NCBI GenBank assembly: GCA_964399865.1
Contig: CAYNRJ010000001.1
Span: forward strand, 2,315 to 66,314
Source: an uncultured Candidatus Saccharibacteria bacterium
GTDB taxonomy: Bacteria > Patescibacteriota > Minisyncoccia > Phycocordibacterales > UBA2100
DNA: 64,000 nucleotides
Direction: 5' to 3'
Shown here: piece by piece, positions 28,593 through 38,928 of the stretch
Layout: every line of letters starts with the position of its first letter
Numbering within the stretch: position 1 is the stretch's first letter
Notes under the pieces: generated by a model
The model's database searches: none
What the model was told of the DNA's origin: nothing
The model's input: only the letters and a program-made list of their open reading frames with translations
Program-made: the position numbers and the translations under genes

Positions 28593-29315
28593 ATGAATGA
28601 AAAAGCACGCCTGAACTCTAAGGAGATTGAGCGGAGGAGGCGGGCCAAAATGCCGGAAAAAAGTCCGCTAAAGCTTCAGAGAGAAAATGAACAGCTGAAA
28701 GCAGAAAATATTGACCTATCGGCGAATAATGCCGAATTAGAATCTCAGGCTACCCACGACCCACTGACAGGTCTCTTAAATCGACGAGGTTTGGCACAGG
28801 GTTTTAATCAAAATATTCGACTACTCAAACATTCGTTTGGGTATGATCGCGTCGCGTATTTCCTTATCGATGTCGACGATTTTAAGATCTTCAATACGCA
28901 ATTCGGTCAGCCGGGAGGCGACAAGGTACTCGCGAGTATGGGGAAAGTGTTGTCAGAATTATTCAAGCGTCACGGCGAGGACCCCAGAATGATATCTCGA
29001 AGAGGTATTGATGTCGTAGCGCGCCTCGGTGGGGATGAATTTGTGTTTTGTTGCTTGGTGAAAGGTGATGAAGAGGTAGACATAATCGCTGATATGATAA
29101 TTTCTGCAGTGCAAGAAAATGCAACTAAGCTTGCGGGGCTAGAAGGAAGTCCCGATGTAACAGTAAGTATCGGTGTTGGAGCAGTAGATAATTCTTCTCT
29201 AGGCGAAGAAGACGTATATAAAAGAGTCGCCTCCGCACTCTTGGAGGCCAAAGCTGGGGGTAAGAATTCTTTCGTGAACATCGGTCTTGTAGAATCTGAT
29301 GAAATAAAATCATGA
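28593..29315 (+). CDS. GGDEF-domain diguanylate cyclase with only an N-terminal coiled coil (no sensor domain). Start placed at the internal ATG 28593, after the terminator.
   Basis: RLGGDEFVF active-site motif; upstream heptad-like EKSPLKLQRENEQLKAENIDLSANNAELESQ. Confidence 0.75.
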   Translation: MNEKARLNSKEIERRRRAKMPEKSPLKLQRENEQLKAENIDLSANNAELESQATHDPLTGLLNRRGLAQGFNQNIRLLKHSFGYDRVAYFLIDVDDFKIFNTQFGQPGGDKVLASMGKVLSELFKRHGEDPRMISRRGIDVVARLGGDEFVFCCLVKGDEEVDIIADMIISAVQENATKLAGLEGSPDVTVSIGVGAVDNSSLGEEDVYKRVASALLEAKAGGKNSFVNIGLVESDEIKS

Positions 29316-30349
29316 GATTATATTCGAAAATTGTTTTACCTCTCGTGCACCTGCTCTCAGGTTTTGATGGAGAGCGGGCGCATTACATTGCGCTTTTCAT
29401 GCTGCGCCTCTGTGGTATCTGGCCGCTTAGCCGAATTATCTCGCTTTTTACATTCGTTCGAAATGAGCGAACGGTGTTCGGCATCACCTTCCCAAACCCC
29501 GTAGGGACTGCGGCTGGGTTTGATAAGCATGCCGAGGCGCTCAAAGGTATCAAAGCATTTGGCTTCGGCTTTGCCGAAGTTGGTTCCGTAACACCGCTTC
29601 CACAAGCGGGCAATCCAAAGCCTCGACTGTTTCGTCTCGATAAAGACCGAGGCGTTATCAATCGCATGGGATTCAATAGTAAGGGCGTGGGTTTTATGGC
29701 GAAACAGCTCAAGAAATATCGTTCACTCGGGATTCCCGTTGGTGTTAACTTGGGAAAAAATAAAGACACTCCGATCGAGAATGCTGCGGACGATTACGAA
29801 AAAGGGATCAGAGCTCTGTATCAATATGCCGATTATTTTGCCATTAATATAAGTTCTCCAAACACGAAAGACCTTCGCTCGCTCCAGGAAAAAGATAAAT
29901 TAGTCGCACTCCTCGATCGAGTAAATACTGCACTTCGTGACATGGCAGGAGGAGATCGAGTAAAGCCCGTACTCCTCAAGATCGCTCCTGACCTTACAAC
30001 TGGAGAATTAGATGACGTACTTGAAGTTTGTCGAGGTCGTGTTCAGGGAATCATTGTTCACAATACAACGATCGAGCGACCGGATTATTTGCGTTCCCCG
30101 CATAAGTCAGAAACGGGTGGACTCAGTGGTAAGCCACTTACAGAACGTTCTGTCGAGCTCGTGAAATACGTACATAAGACGCTTCCAGACACTCCAATAA
30201 TTGGCGTAGGTGGCATCTTTACAGCAGAGGATGCACTTCGCATGCTGGACGCTGGCGCATCCCTCATTCAGCTGTATACGGGCCTCGTATTTGAAGGTCC
30301 GCTTCTTGCGCACCGCATAAATAAAGCCATCAAGAAACGCAATGCCTGA
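29312..30349 (+). CDS. pyrD: Dihydroorotate dehydrogenase (quinone), class 2.
   Basis: GFGFAEVGSVTP, NRMGFNSKG, IIGVGGI motifs. Confidence 0.85.
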   Translation: MRLYSKIVLPLVHLLSGFDGERAHYIALFMLRLCGIWPLSRIISLFTFVRNERTVFGITFPNPVGTAAGFDKHAEALKGIKAFGFGFAEVGSVTPLPQAGNPKPRLFRLDKDRGVINRMGFNSKGVGFMAKQLKKYRSLGIPVGVNLGKNKDTPIENAADDYEKGIRALYQYADYFAINISSPNTKDLRSLQEKDKLVALLDRVNTALRDMAGGDRVKPVLLKIAPDLTTGELDDVLEVCRGRVQGIIVHNTTIERPDYLRSPHKSETGGLSGKPLTERSVELVKYVHKTLPDTPIIGVGGIFTAEDALRMLDAGASLIQLYTGLVFEGPLLAHRINKAIKKRNA

Positions 30350-31316
30350 GGAAGTAACAGCGCGTGTGGAGAGGGCGATCGCGGAAAAAGTATTTCCTGG
30401 CGCTGTAATTGGCGTTGTTCGAAAAAACGGTATTCGCGAAATTCGTGCATTCGGAAGTCACACGTATGAGAAGGACTCGCCACCAGTGGAAGAAGATACC
30501 GTATACGATGTAGCTTCTGTCACAAAATCTATTCCGCTTGCGTCGCTTGCCCTTATGCAGATCGGAAATGGAAAGCTCGAGCTCGAAGACCCTATTTCCA
30601 AGCATTTGCCGGAATTAAAGAACGACCATGGAGCAACTATCGGGGATCTTTTGACGTATCGTGTCACGGGGGTACGTTTTTCGACCTTGCAAGATAAAAG
30701 CGCTGACGAAATTATTCAGTACGTGTTCACTCATGGCTTCGATGGTCCCTCGGGCGCCTCAAAGTACACAAATCTACCCGCGTTCGTTCTCGGGCTTATT
30801 GTGGAGCGTCTTGAAGGCAAGTCCCTTGAGACGCTCGGACGGGACTCTTTTTTTAAGCCACTTCGCATGACGAGTACCACATTCTTTCCTTCCGGGAATG
30901 CAAATATAGCGCCTACTGAAATTGATAACGGGGAGACCATTCAGGGAATTCCGCACGATGAAGGTGCACGTGTTTTTGCGAAGGCGAATCGAACCGTAGG
31001 GAATGCTGGACTATTTTCAACTGCACCTGATCTTCTCAATTTTCTCGATGCTCTAATTGAAGGTGATTTTGCAGCGGTCACCCTTGGTGCTAGGAACGGT
31101 CTTGGTTGGCAGTTAAATGATCCGAATTTCATGGGGAAGCACACAGGGCTTGCGACATTCGGCAAGACTGGGTTTACCGGGACGAGCGTCCTCTGTGATA
31201 TCGAAAGAAAGATAGGACTTGTGATCCTCTCGAACCGTACGTACCCGAAACGCCCTCCGACGGACGCTGCGATTTTCGAGCTCCGAAGGGACATCGCTGA
31301 TATTGTCTTAGGATAA
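30342..31316 (+). CDS. Serine hydrolase of the beta-lactamase family (class C / PBP-like).
   Basis: SVTKS (SxxK) near the N-terminus; overall PF00144-like pattern. Confidence 0.6.
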   Translation: MPEEVTARVERAIAEKVFPGAVIGVVRKNGIREIRAFGSHTYEKDSPPVEEDTVYDVASVTKSIPLASLALMQIGNGKLELEDPISKHLPELKNDHGATIGDLLTYRVTGVRFSTLQDKSADEIIQYVFTHGFDGPSGASKYTNLPAFVLGLIVERLEGKSLETLGRDSFFKPLRMTSTTFFPSGNANIAPTEIDNGETIQGIPHDEGARVFAKANRTVGNAGLFSTAPDLLNFLDALIEGDFAAVTLGARNGLGWQLNDPNFMGKHTGLATFGKTGFTGTSVLCDIERKIGLVILSNRTYPKRPPTDAAIFELRRDIADIVLG

Positions 31317-31318
31317 GT

Positions 31319-32026
31319 ATGATTATTCCTCACGATAAACAGCGAAAAAAGTGGGAGAAGGAACATGCTGAGCCGTACGCGTTGAAACAAATGAATGTGC
31401 GTAAAGGGTCCAGCAGCCTTGTGTCCTTTCTACAGTTCTTAAAAGATCGACATTTACAAAACCTTACCGGAATTGAAATGGGGTGTGGAAAGGGGCGAAA
31501 TGTGATCTGGTGTGTCGAGCAGCCAGAGATCAAGCAGATGACTGGATTCGATTTTTCGGATACGGCGATCAAAGTCGCTAAAGAGCGAGCTGGGAATGAA
31601 GGTGTGTTAAATAAGACCAATTTTTTGGTCGCCGATGCGACTACCGAATGGCCATTTGCAGATTCAACATTTGATTTTGGAATAGATTGCACAGCGTCGA
31701 CCGATATAGAAAATCCTGCCGGTAGACAGTTTGCAGTTTTAGAAATGAAACGGGTCTTAAAGTCTAAAGGCTACTTTCTTGTGTACGTTATGTCTACGGA
31801 CGATGAGTATCATCAGTTAATGATCGCGCGTTCCCCGGCAGAAGAAAAAAATGCTTTTTATCACGCAGATACTGGGAAATTTGAAAAAGTATTTGATGAT
31901 CGGGAGCTGGATAGTATGTACTCTGACTTTACTCTCGCAGAGGCACGCCGCGTAGAGAAGAAAAGTATATTTTTTGGGAAAGAGTATAGGAATAAAATGC
32001 ATTGGCGCGTGTACCAAAAACCCTGA
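31319..32026 (+). CDS. Class I SAM-dependent methyltransferase.
   Basis: Motif I GIEMGCGKGRN plus an acidic motif II. Confidence 0.65.
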   Translation: MIIPHDKQRKKWEKEHAEPYALKQMNVRKGSSSLVSFLQFLKDRHLQNLTGIEMGCGKGRNVIWCVEQPEIKQMTGFDFSDTAIKVAKERAGNEGVLNKTNFLVADATTEWPFADSTFDFGIDCTASTDIENPAGRQFAVLEMKRVLKSKGYFLVYVMSTDDEYHQLMIARSPAEEKNAFYHADTGKFEKVFDDRELDSMYSDFTLAEARRVEKKSIFFGKEYRNKMHWRVYQKP

Positions 32027-32067
32027 TATTTCGCAATAAATATGGTAAAGTGGCTCTCTAATCCTTT

Positions 32068-33894
32068 ATGTGCGGTATTTTTGCTTATACAGGCGCAAAT
32101 GGAAAAGAGGCCAGCAACCTTCTCCTCGAGGGCCTCACATCCTTGGAGTACCGCGGCTATGATTCAGCGGGCATCTACACGCCCGAAAGTGGTCATATTA
32201 AGACTCCCGGCGCCGTAGCTGAGCTGCGCGCAAAGGTACCGAAAGCTTTCGTTGGGAAAAGTGGCATCGCGCATCTTCGCTGGGCAACTCACGGCGAGCC
32301 GACGGAAGTAAATGCGCACCCACATACAGGAAATGAGGGAGACGTGTGGGTAGTACATAACGGAATCATAGAAAATTTTAAAGAACTAAAGAAAACACTG
32401 GAAGCAAAAGGTCACACCTTTCTTTCGCAGTCTGATACAGAAATTTTAGCGCACCTCGTTGAAGAGTATTTGAAGACTGAGAAAAATTTTGAAGAGGCGG
32501 TGTTAAAGGCCCTCAATGAAGTGCAGGGAACATACGGTATTGCCATTCAATATAAGGGCGAACCGGACAAGCTTATTGCAGCACGCATGGGATCCCCGAT
32601 CGTCGTAGGAGTCGGAGAAAATGAGCACTTCATTGCCTCTGACCCATCACCTATCCTTAAGCACACAAAGAAAGTAATCTTCCTTAACGATGGAGAGATC
32701 GCTGTCCTAACACCCAAAACTCATACCATCTATAAACTTTCGAGCGAAGAGATAACGCGAGCTCCTGAGACGCTAGATTGGAATGCTGAGGAGGCACAAA
32801 AAGGCGGTCACGAACATTTCATGATTAAAGAAATCCTAGAAGCTCCCGAAGTTGTAGAAAACACACTTCGAGGTCGCCTGCTACCTGCAAAAGGTATGGC
32901 AAAGCTCGGCGGACTCGAGCAGGTGGCCGATGAATTAGCGAAAATCGAGCGCATCATAATCGTTGCGTGCGGAACGGCCTATTACGCGGGATTGGTTGGA
33001 GAATATATGTTGGAGGAATTCGCCGGGATTCCCGTCGAAGTGGAGCTTGGGAGCGAGTTTAGATACCGCAGTCCCGTCTTGAATCAAAAGACTGCCGTAA
33101 TCGCGATCTCACAATCTGGTGAGACGGCCGATACACTCGCAGCTATCCGCGAGGGAAAAGAAAAGGGCGCTCTTACTCTCGGCATAGTAAACGCGGTAGG
33201 CTCGACCATAGCGAGAGAAACAGATGCAGGTGTCTACAATCACGCAGGTCCTGAAGTTGGTGTTGCTTCAACAAAAGCTCTCATTTCACAGCTCACCGCG
33301 CTCGCGCTATTTACGATCTTCCTCGGTCGGCAGCGGAACATGAGTGAGAATACTGGAAAGGAGATCGCGACAGAACTTAAGGCGCTACCTAAGAAGATCG
33401 AGAAGATATTAGCTGCTCGTGCAGAAATTGAAAAGCTAGCGAAAAAATATGTAAGTGCCCGCGACTTTTTATTCATTGGCAGAAAATACAATTACCCAAT
33501 CGCGTTCGAAGGCGCTTTGAAATTGAAAGAGGTTTCTTACATTCACGCCGAAGGATATGGCGCAGGGGAGATGAAGCATGGTCCTATCGCGATGATAGAT
33601 GAAAATTTCCCAACACTCGCGCTCGCGCTGAAGGATTCCGTATACGAAAAGATGATCTCGAATATTCAGCAATTGAAGGCTCGAAAAGGTCCCGTGGTAG
33701 CACTTGCGACAGAAGGGGATGCGGAGATCGCAAAGCTAACCGATGATGTTATGTATGTACCAGAAACCTCAGAAATGCTTTCGCCGATCCTGAACGTCAT
33801 CCCGTTGCAACTGTTTGCCTACTATTTCGCAAAGGAAAAGGGATTGAACGTTGATCGTCCAAGAAACCTCGCAAAGTCTGTGACAGTCGAATAG
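32068..33894 (+). CDS. glmS: Glutamine--fructose-6-phosphate aminotransferase.
   Basis: N-terminal MCGIFAY (Cys2 nucleophile), two SIS domains, C-terminal …SVTVE. Confidence 0.95.
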   Translation: MCGIFAYTGANGKEASNLLLEGLTSLEYRGYDSAGIYTPESGHIKTPGAVAELRAKVPKAFVGKSGIAHLRWATHGEPTEVNAHPHTGNEGDVWVVHNGIIENFKELKKTLEAKGHTFLSQSDTEILAHLVEEYLKTEKNFEEAVLKALNEVQGTYGIAIQYKGEPDKLIAARMGSPIVVGVGENEHFIASDPSPILKHTKKVIFLNDGEIAVLTPKTHTIYKLSSEEITRAPETLDWNAEEAQKGGHEHFMIKEILEAPEVVENTLRGRLLPAKGMAKLGGLEQVADELAKIERIIIVACGTAYYAGLVGEYMLEEFAGIPVEVELGSEFRYRSPVLNQKTAVIAISQSGETADTLAAIREGKEKGALTLGIVNAVGSTIARETDAGVYNHAGPEVGVASTKALISQLTALALFTIFLGRQRNMSENTGKEIATELKALPKKIEKILAARAEIEKLAKKYVSARDFLFIGRKYNYPIAFEGALKLKEVSYIHAEGYGAGEMKHGPIAMIDENFPTLALALKDSVYEKMISNIQQLKARKGPVVALATEGDAEIAKLTDDVMYVPETSEMLSPILNVIPLQLFAYYFAKEKGLNVDRPRNLAKSVTVE

Positions 33895-33896
33895 CT

Positions 33897-34961
33897 CTAG
33901 ATCTTTTCGATCTTCTCCCAAGGGCGGCCAGCGACACCAAAGTGTCCGTACGCAGCGGTAGCTTGATAGATCGGACGACGTAGATTGAGGCGTTCGATGA
34001 TAGCGCGCGGTCGGAAATCGAAATTCTTAGTGACGATGTCCGTGAGATTTTTTCCAGTGTCGCTGAAAGCTTCCACCATGACAGGTTCAGCTCGGCCGAT
34101 TGCGTACGCGACGGAAACAAGGACTTTATCACCATAGCCATTCGCGACGAGGTTCTTCGCAACGAAGCGACACATGTATGCAGCAGATCGATCTACCTTA
34201 GACGGGTCTTTTCCTGAGAAACAGCCGCCGCCGTGTGGCATAAGACCGCCGTATGTATCAACCATGATTTTGCGGCCTGTAAGCCCTGCGTCAGCTGCGA
34301 AGCCTCCGATCTCAAATTTACCCGTAGGATTGACGAGAATCTCAATATTTTTTACTGACCCAAGTACCGGAGTGAATAGGTGCTTAATGAGTCCCGCGCG
34401 AATATCCTCTTGAGTGACATTTTTCGCGTGCTGAGTCGATGTGAGTCCTGTTATGACCTTACCTTTGCTTATGGTTACCTGAGTCTTCCCGTCTGGCTTA
34501 AGCCATTTTAGGGTCTTCTCGCGGCGCAATTTTTCAAGACGTCGAGCGAGTGCGTGTGAAAGCACCACTCCAAGCGGGAGCATCTCTTTCGTCTCGTTGG
34601 TCGCGTAGCCATACATGATGCCCTGGTCGCCCGCGCCTTCTCGGTCGACTCCCATCGCAATGTCTGGGGATTGCTGCGCTACCTTTACTAAGATATCTAG
34701 TTTTTCAGTGTAGCCGATATCTTTATAGACCTTCTCCGCAATTTTCTTGTAGTTAATTTTTGCTTTTGTCGTGACCTCACCGCCGATCATTAAAGTTCCG
34801 TGGCTGCCGAATGTTTCTACAGCAACGCGTGAGTACGGGTCTTGTCGGAGGCATTCATCAAGAATTGCGTCCGAAATCTGGTCACAGACTTTGTCTGGAT
34901 GTCCCGAGGTTACGCTTTCCGTTGTGTACCTATTTAATAGGTGAAGCATGTATATCAACAA
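33897..34961 (-). CDS. metK: S-adenosylmethionine synthetase (the Met at 34949 is possibly the true start). Its stop is 2 nt from the glmS stop (convergent).
   Basis: GHPDKVCDQISDAILD, GAGDQG, GGGCFSGKDPSKVDRSAAY. Confidence 0.9.
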   Translation of the reverse strand: MLIYMLHLLNRYTTESVTSGHPDKVCDQISDAILDECLRQDPYSRVAVETFGSHGTLMIGGEVTTKAKINYKKIAEKVYKDIGYTEKLDILVKVAQQSPDIAMGVDREGAGDQGIMYGYATNETKEMLPLGVVLSHALARRLEKLRREKTLKWLKPDGKTQVTISKGKVITGLTSTQHAKNVTQEDIRAGLIKHLFTPVLGSVKNIEILVNPTGKFEIGGFAADAGLTGRKIMVDTYGGLMPHGGGCFSGKDPSKVDRSAAYMCRFVAKNLVANGYGDKVLVSVAYAIGRAEPVMVEAFSDTGKNLTDIVTKNFDFRPRAIIERLNLRRPIYQATAAYGHFGVAGRPWEKIEKI

Positions 34962-35178
34962 AATATCTCCCCGACGGGAGATTATTGTTAAAGATATCTT
35001 CCCATACGGGCTGGATGGAGCACATTACTCTTACGAGCACGCTGCTGGTGGTTGGGAGCCAGAAACTCCTTTGCCTCGCTGAAACTTCAGCGAAAGCGGG
35101 TAGCCACACTCTCGATACGATATTTAGTTGTAAGGGAATAGTAGCAGTCCTTCCGAGTGCATGCAATACTGGCCGATA

Positions 35179-35754
35179 ATGAGAAAAGTCATTCTGGCCT
35201 CGGCCTCAAAGTGGCGCAAAATCCTTCTCGAAAGAGCGGGGGTACGGTTTTTGGTTGAAGTGAGCGGTCACCCGGAGGATCTCAAACAGAAACTCTCGCC
35301 AAAAAACTTAGTTCAGAAACTTGCTCTTGAAAAAGCAATGGTCGTTGGCAGTCATCACAAAGATGCGATCATCATCGGCGCAGATACCGTGGCAGTTTTT
35401 CGTGGGAAGGCTATTGGGAAACCCAAAACAGCTGTAGAGGCAAGAAAAATTCTGACTGGACTGTCAGGATCCGAGCACAGCCTTGTTACAGGCTTTGTGA
35501 TTCTCGATACTAAAACAAACCGAATTGTCAGAAAGAGTGTTGAAACAAAAGTGTGGTTTCGAAAACTAACTGCTGATGAAATCAATGCATACGTAAAAAC
35601 AAAGGAGCCTTTAACGGTCGCAGGGGGATACGCAATACAAGGGGGTGGCTCAAGCTTCGCGTCTCGCATTAGCGGTGATTTTTATAACATCGTGGGACTG
35701 CCTTTGTCAGAAGTAGTAACAGAGCTAAGGAAATTCGGGGTTAAAATACCATAA
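35179..35754 (+). CDS. maf: Maf-like nucleoside-triphosphate pyrophosphatase.
   Basis: VILASAS…R, ADTVAV, GKP motifs. Confidence 0.8.
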   Translation: MRKVILASASKWRKILLERAGVRFLVEVSGHPEDLKQKLSPKNLVQKLALEKAMVVGSHHKDAIIIGADTVAVFRGKAIGKPKTAVEARKILTGLSGSEHSLVTGFVILDTKTNRIVRKSVETKVWFRKLTADEINAYVKTKEPLTVAGGYAIQGGGSSFASRISGDFYNIVGLPLSEVVTELRKFGVKIP

Positions 35755-35803
35755 CTCCTCATTGCTGAGGGCCCAATAACAGGATAGAGTTTCCTACAAT
35801 ACT

Positions 35804-36748
35804 ATGAAAAAGGTCGTCACGATCGGCGGTGGCACGGGTAGTTATACGGTACTACGCGGCCTCAAGGAGTTCCCACTCGATATCACCGCAGTAGTTTCGA
35901 TGTTCGACTCTGGTGGATCGTCAGGAATTCTGCGCGATGAATTCGGTGTACTTCCCCCAGGAGATGTTCGACGATGCCTGGTCGCCCTTTCTGATGGATC
36001 TCGTGCGGAAATCCTCCGTCAGCTTTTTAATTATCGTTTCGAGAATGGAGGGTCTCTCAAGGGACATAGTTTCGGCAACCTACTTCTCGTCGCGCTCTCC
36101 TCAGTGTATGGAAGCGATATCGAAAGTATTCGCAAGGCATCGGAGCTCCTTGATATTAAAGGAAAGGTGCTCCCTGTGACTCTCGACAAGGCCGATCTTC
36201 ACGCGATCCTCGAAGACGGTACGGAAATTGTTGGCGAGACGAATATAGATATTCCAAAGCATAATGGCGACCTACGGATCAAGAAGCTATTCCTCAGTCC
36301 TGAGGCGAAGATCTTTGAAGAAACCGACAAAGCTATACGAGATGCGGACCTCATTGTTATTGGCCCTGGGGATCCATATTCTTCGGTTATTCCGAATCTC
36401 TTGGTCGGTGGCATGAAAGAAGCGTTGAAAGAAAGTAAGGCAAAGAAAGTGCTGATTTCAAACCTGATGTCCGAGTGGGGAGAGACGAATGAATTTTCTG
36501 CATCCGATATTGCCCGCGAACTTCTCGCCTACAGCGGATTCGCAAAATTTGATTACGTAATCTGCAACACCGCACCGATGGATGCGGGACTCATAGCAGC
36601 ATATGCAAAGGAAAAGAAGGTTCCAATTACATGCGATCCGGGATTGGACTCTTGCGGAGAAAAAGTCATTACGGGAAACTTTTTCTCGGAGGCTGATATC
36701 GCTCGCCATGACTCTACAAAACTTGCGAAAGTAATAGCCGAATTATAA
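35804..36748 (+). CDS. YvcK / gluconeogenesis-factor family (CofD-like, UPF0052).
   Basis: VVTIGGGTGSYTVLRGLK and LPPGDVRRCLVAL motifs. Confidence 0.7.
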   Translation: MKKVVTIGGGTGSYTVLRGLKEFPLDITAVVSMFDSGGSSGILRDEFGVLPPGDVRRCLVALSDGSRAEILRQLFNYRFENGGSLKGHSFGNLLLVALSSVYGSDIESIRKASELLDIKGKVLPVTLDKADLHAILEDGTEIVGETNIDIPKHNGDLRIKKLFLSPEAKIFEETDKAIRDADLIVIGPGDPYSSVIPNLLVGGMKEALKESKAKKVLISNLMSEWGETNEFSASDIARELLAYSGFAKFDYVICNTAPMDAGLIAAYAKEKKVPITCDPGLDSCGEKVITGNFFSEADIARHDSTKLAKVIAEL

Positions 36749-36767
36749 ACGTGATAAGCTCTACCAT

Positions 36768-37199
36768 ATGAATCTCAGAATAAGTATCGCGCTCATAGTT
36801 TTCTTGATCGTCATAGCACTCGGTGTATTTCTTATTGTTGCCCCTTCGCCCGAAGAGAACGAAGCACTACCACCGTTTACGTCTGAAATGGTAAAAGTAT
36901 CGTCACCTCTTCCGGGGGCGACTGTCTCGAAGACCTTTACGGCGACAGGGTTTGCTCGTGGCATGTGGTTCTTCGAGGCGTCTTTCCCCGTAGAAATTCG
37001 TGATCCACAAAACAATCTTGTTGGGCAGGGTATAGCACAGGCAAACGGCGATTGGATGACTGAGGAATTTGTGCCATTCACCGCGCCAATCACGGTGAAT
37101 GCCTACACGGGACCTGCGACCCTTGTACTCAAAAAAGATAATCCATCAGGCTTACCAGAGAATGACGCGTCGGAATCCTTTGACATCGTAATTCAGTAA
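36768..37199 (+). CDS. Secreted/anchored protein with a Gmad2-like Ig domain.
   Basis: N-terminal TM; …GFARGMWFFEASFPVEIRDPQNNLVGQGIAQANGDWMTEEFVPF…. Confidence 0.35.
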   Translation: MNLRISIALIVFLIVIALGVFLIVAPSPEENEALPPFTSEMVKVSSPLPGATVSKTFTATGFARGMWFFEASFPVEIRDPQNNLVGQGIAQANGDWMTEEFVPFTAPITVNAYTGPATLVLKKDNPSGLPENDASESFDIVIQ

Positions 37200-37205
37200 A
37201 CCAAC

Positions 37206-37550
37206 ATGGAAGAACCGACCGAGAGCCCAGCGAATTTTGAAAAAAGGTTAGCTGAGGTGCGAGTCTTCACCGCAGAGTTCTCACAGTATTTGGATACGCT
37301 AAAAGCATGGATCAAGAGTGAACAGGGCCTCTTAGGTATTGAAAATTCGCCTGAAATCTCAAAGACTGCGCTTTCTAAGCTTCAAGAGAGATACGACACC
37401 GCAGAAAGAGAATTGGATGAGCTTGAAATGGATCCGGCTAATAAGAGGAAGTTCGTGACTACCAAGGAGGCGAAAGATCAGATTCGCCTCTGCATCATCG
37501 AAAACTCAGAGCACTTTTTGAATCCTCCGGAAGAACCTTCGGCGGAGTAA
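37206..37550 (+). CDS. Hypothetical coiled-coil protein.
   Basis: ORF only. Confidence 0.3.
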   Translation: MEEPTESPANFEKRLAEVRVFTAEFSQYLDTLKAWIKSEQGLLGIENSPEISKTALSKLQERYDTAERELDELEMDPANKRKFVTTKEAKDQIRLCIIENSEHFLNPPEEPSAE

Positions 37551-37559
37551 CGCGGAGCC

Positions 37560-38228
37560 ATGTCTAAAGATAGACAAGACAAACTTATCCGCGCTAAAAA
37601 GATTGTCGCGTACCTCAAACGTACATATCCAAAACCAAAAAGTGAGTTGAAATATGCGACACCATTTCAGTTTGTTGTTTCGGTCATCCTTTCTGCGCAG
37701 TGCACGGATAAAACAGTGAATCGGGTGACGGAGGCTCTGTATAAGAAATACAAGACGTCCAGTGATTTCGCCGCCGCCGATCCGAAAGTATTTGAGAAGG
37801 AGATATCGTCGGTGACGTTTTTCAAGAATAAAGCCAAATACGTAATTGAAGCAGCAAAAATCGTGTCTCGTGATTTTGGTGGCGAGGTCCCGAGAACGGC
37901 AGAAGAACTCCAAAAAATGCCGGGAGTCGGGTACAAAACCGCCCACGTTGTTTTAGGAGAGTTGTTTGATGAGTGGGAGGGGATTCCGACAGACACACAC
38001 GTAAAGAGGTTTGCGCATCGATTTGATCTTACAAATCAGCAGGATCTGAAGAAAATATCGAAGGACCTTGAATCGCTGGTTCCGAAGAAAGACTGGAAGT
38101 ACGTAAACAATGGTCTCGTTCTATACGGTCGTTATGTGTGCAATGCACGACCTCATGAGTGTGATAAACATCCTCTGACTAAGTTATGGCCGGAGGCAGG
38201 AAAGAGGTGGCCAAGAGTGTCGAAGTAA
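37560..38228 (+). CDS. nth: Endonuclease III-like HhH-GPD DNA glycosylase.
   Basis: HhH LPGVGYKTAHVVLG, catalytic D, C-terminal Cys cluster (only part of the 4-Cys FeS pattern is visible). Confidence 0.75.
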   Translation: MSKDRQDKLIRAKKIVAYLKRTYPKPKSELKYATPFQFVVSVILSAQCTDKTVNRVTEALYKKYKTSSDFAAADPKVFEKEISSVTFFKNKAKYVIEAAKIVSRDFGGEVPRTAEELQKMPGVGYKTAHVVLGELFDEWEGIPTDTHVKRFAHRFDLTNQQDLKKISKDLESLVPKKDWKYVNNGLVLYGRYVCNARPHECDKHPLTKLWPEAGKRWPRVSK

Positions 38229-38297
38229 GCAGATTGACGAATAGGTAAAATTAAGGCATAATATTAGCCGCGTAATAGTGCAAATTGGGAGTTACAG

Positions 38298-38918
38298 ATG
38301 CGGAAAATCGTCATGCATGGCGCCACTGTGTGCGTCATTGGCCTCTCCGGGGTCGCGGCGCTCTTCTATAACATCATGATACTGCAGGATGAGGTGCAGC
38401 CCGTCCTAGCAATGTGGCTGCTCGCTGCGGCTGGGTCTGCGATGAGTTTCGCAACGTATTGGTCAACAGTACGCCAGCGACTGCCCCCGTCTCTGAGAAT
38501 CCTTCAGAACGTGGGCAACGTTGTCGATGTTGTCGCCAATACCTCGGTCCTCGCCACGACCCTGTTCGCGGGATGGGTGCTCGACCACGACATTCGCTTC
38601 GTCTTCTCGAACTTCGAGCACGGCTGCATCGTCGCTGTGGCGATCCTGTTCGTCTTTTGGCGGATCACCAAGTGGCATGTGCTGGCGAACGTGATGGTCC
38701 AGGTTGTGATGACGGTCGCCTACGTGCCGCTCATCGTGTATCTGTGGAATGCGGCCGAGACGAGCGAGCCGGTCGTGCTCTGGGGCATGATCTGGCTTGC
38801 GGCGCTTCTCGCGATGGTGCCCGCCGTCATGTCAGGCAACAAGCTCGCAATGCTCTACAACGGGCGGCGGCTTATCGTGATGTCCGTCGTCATCGTTCTT
38901 ATACTTCGACTCGTCTAG
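38298..38918 (+). CDS. Hypothetical 6-TM membrane protein encoded with markedly high GC / GC3 (atypical for this window).
   Basis: Codons end overwhelmingly in G/C (ctc, gcg, gtc, ggc …); multiple overlapping long ORFs in other frames are a side-effect of the high GC. Confidence 0.5.
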   Translation: MRKIVMHGATVCVIGLSGVAALFYNIMILQDEVQPVLAMWLLAAAGSAMSFATYWSTVRQRLPPSLRILQNVGNVVDVVANTSVLATTLFAGWVLDHDIRFVFSNFEHGCIVAVAILFVFWRITKWHVLANVMVQVVMTVAYVPLIVYLWNAAETSEPVVLWGMIWLAALLAMVPAVMSGNKLAMLYNGRRLIVMSVVIVLILRLV

Positions 38919-38928
38919 GCGAGTCTTC

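Noticed and set aside
32027-32067. Looked for a glmS ribozyme upstream of glmS.
   Set aside because: The leader is only about 40 nt, too short for the ~150-nt glmS ribozyme; none of the conserved core sequences are present.
33892-33899. glmS and metK stop codons are only 2 nt apart (convergent) with no intervening terminator.
   Set aside because: Plausible in a compact genome (transcripts may terminate inside the opposing gene); noted but not considered a distinct feature.
34962-35160. Looked for a SAM (S-box) riboswitch in the metK leader. There is a perfect palindromic hairpin (atctccccgacgggagat, 34976-34993) plus a U-run 18 nt before the metK start, and further hairpins upstream.
   Set aside because: No GGAGGGA / GGCCC / GCAACC / AAUUCC S-box consensus elements found in order. 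The region also has to hold the divergent maf promoter. The hairpin may be an attenuator, but there is not enough evidence to call a riboswitch.
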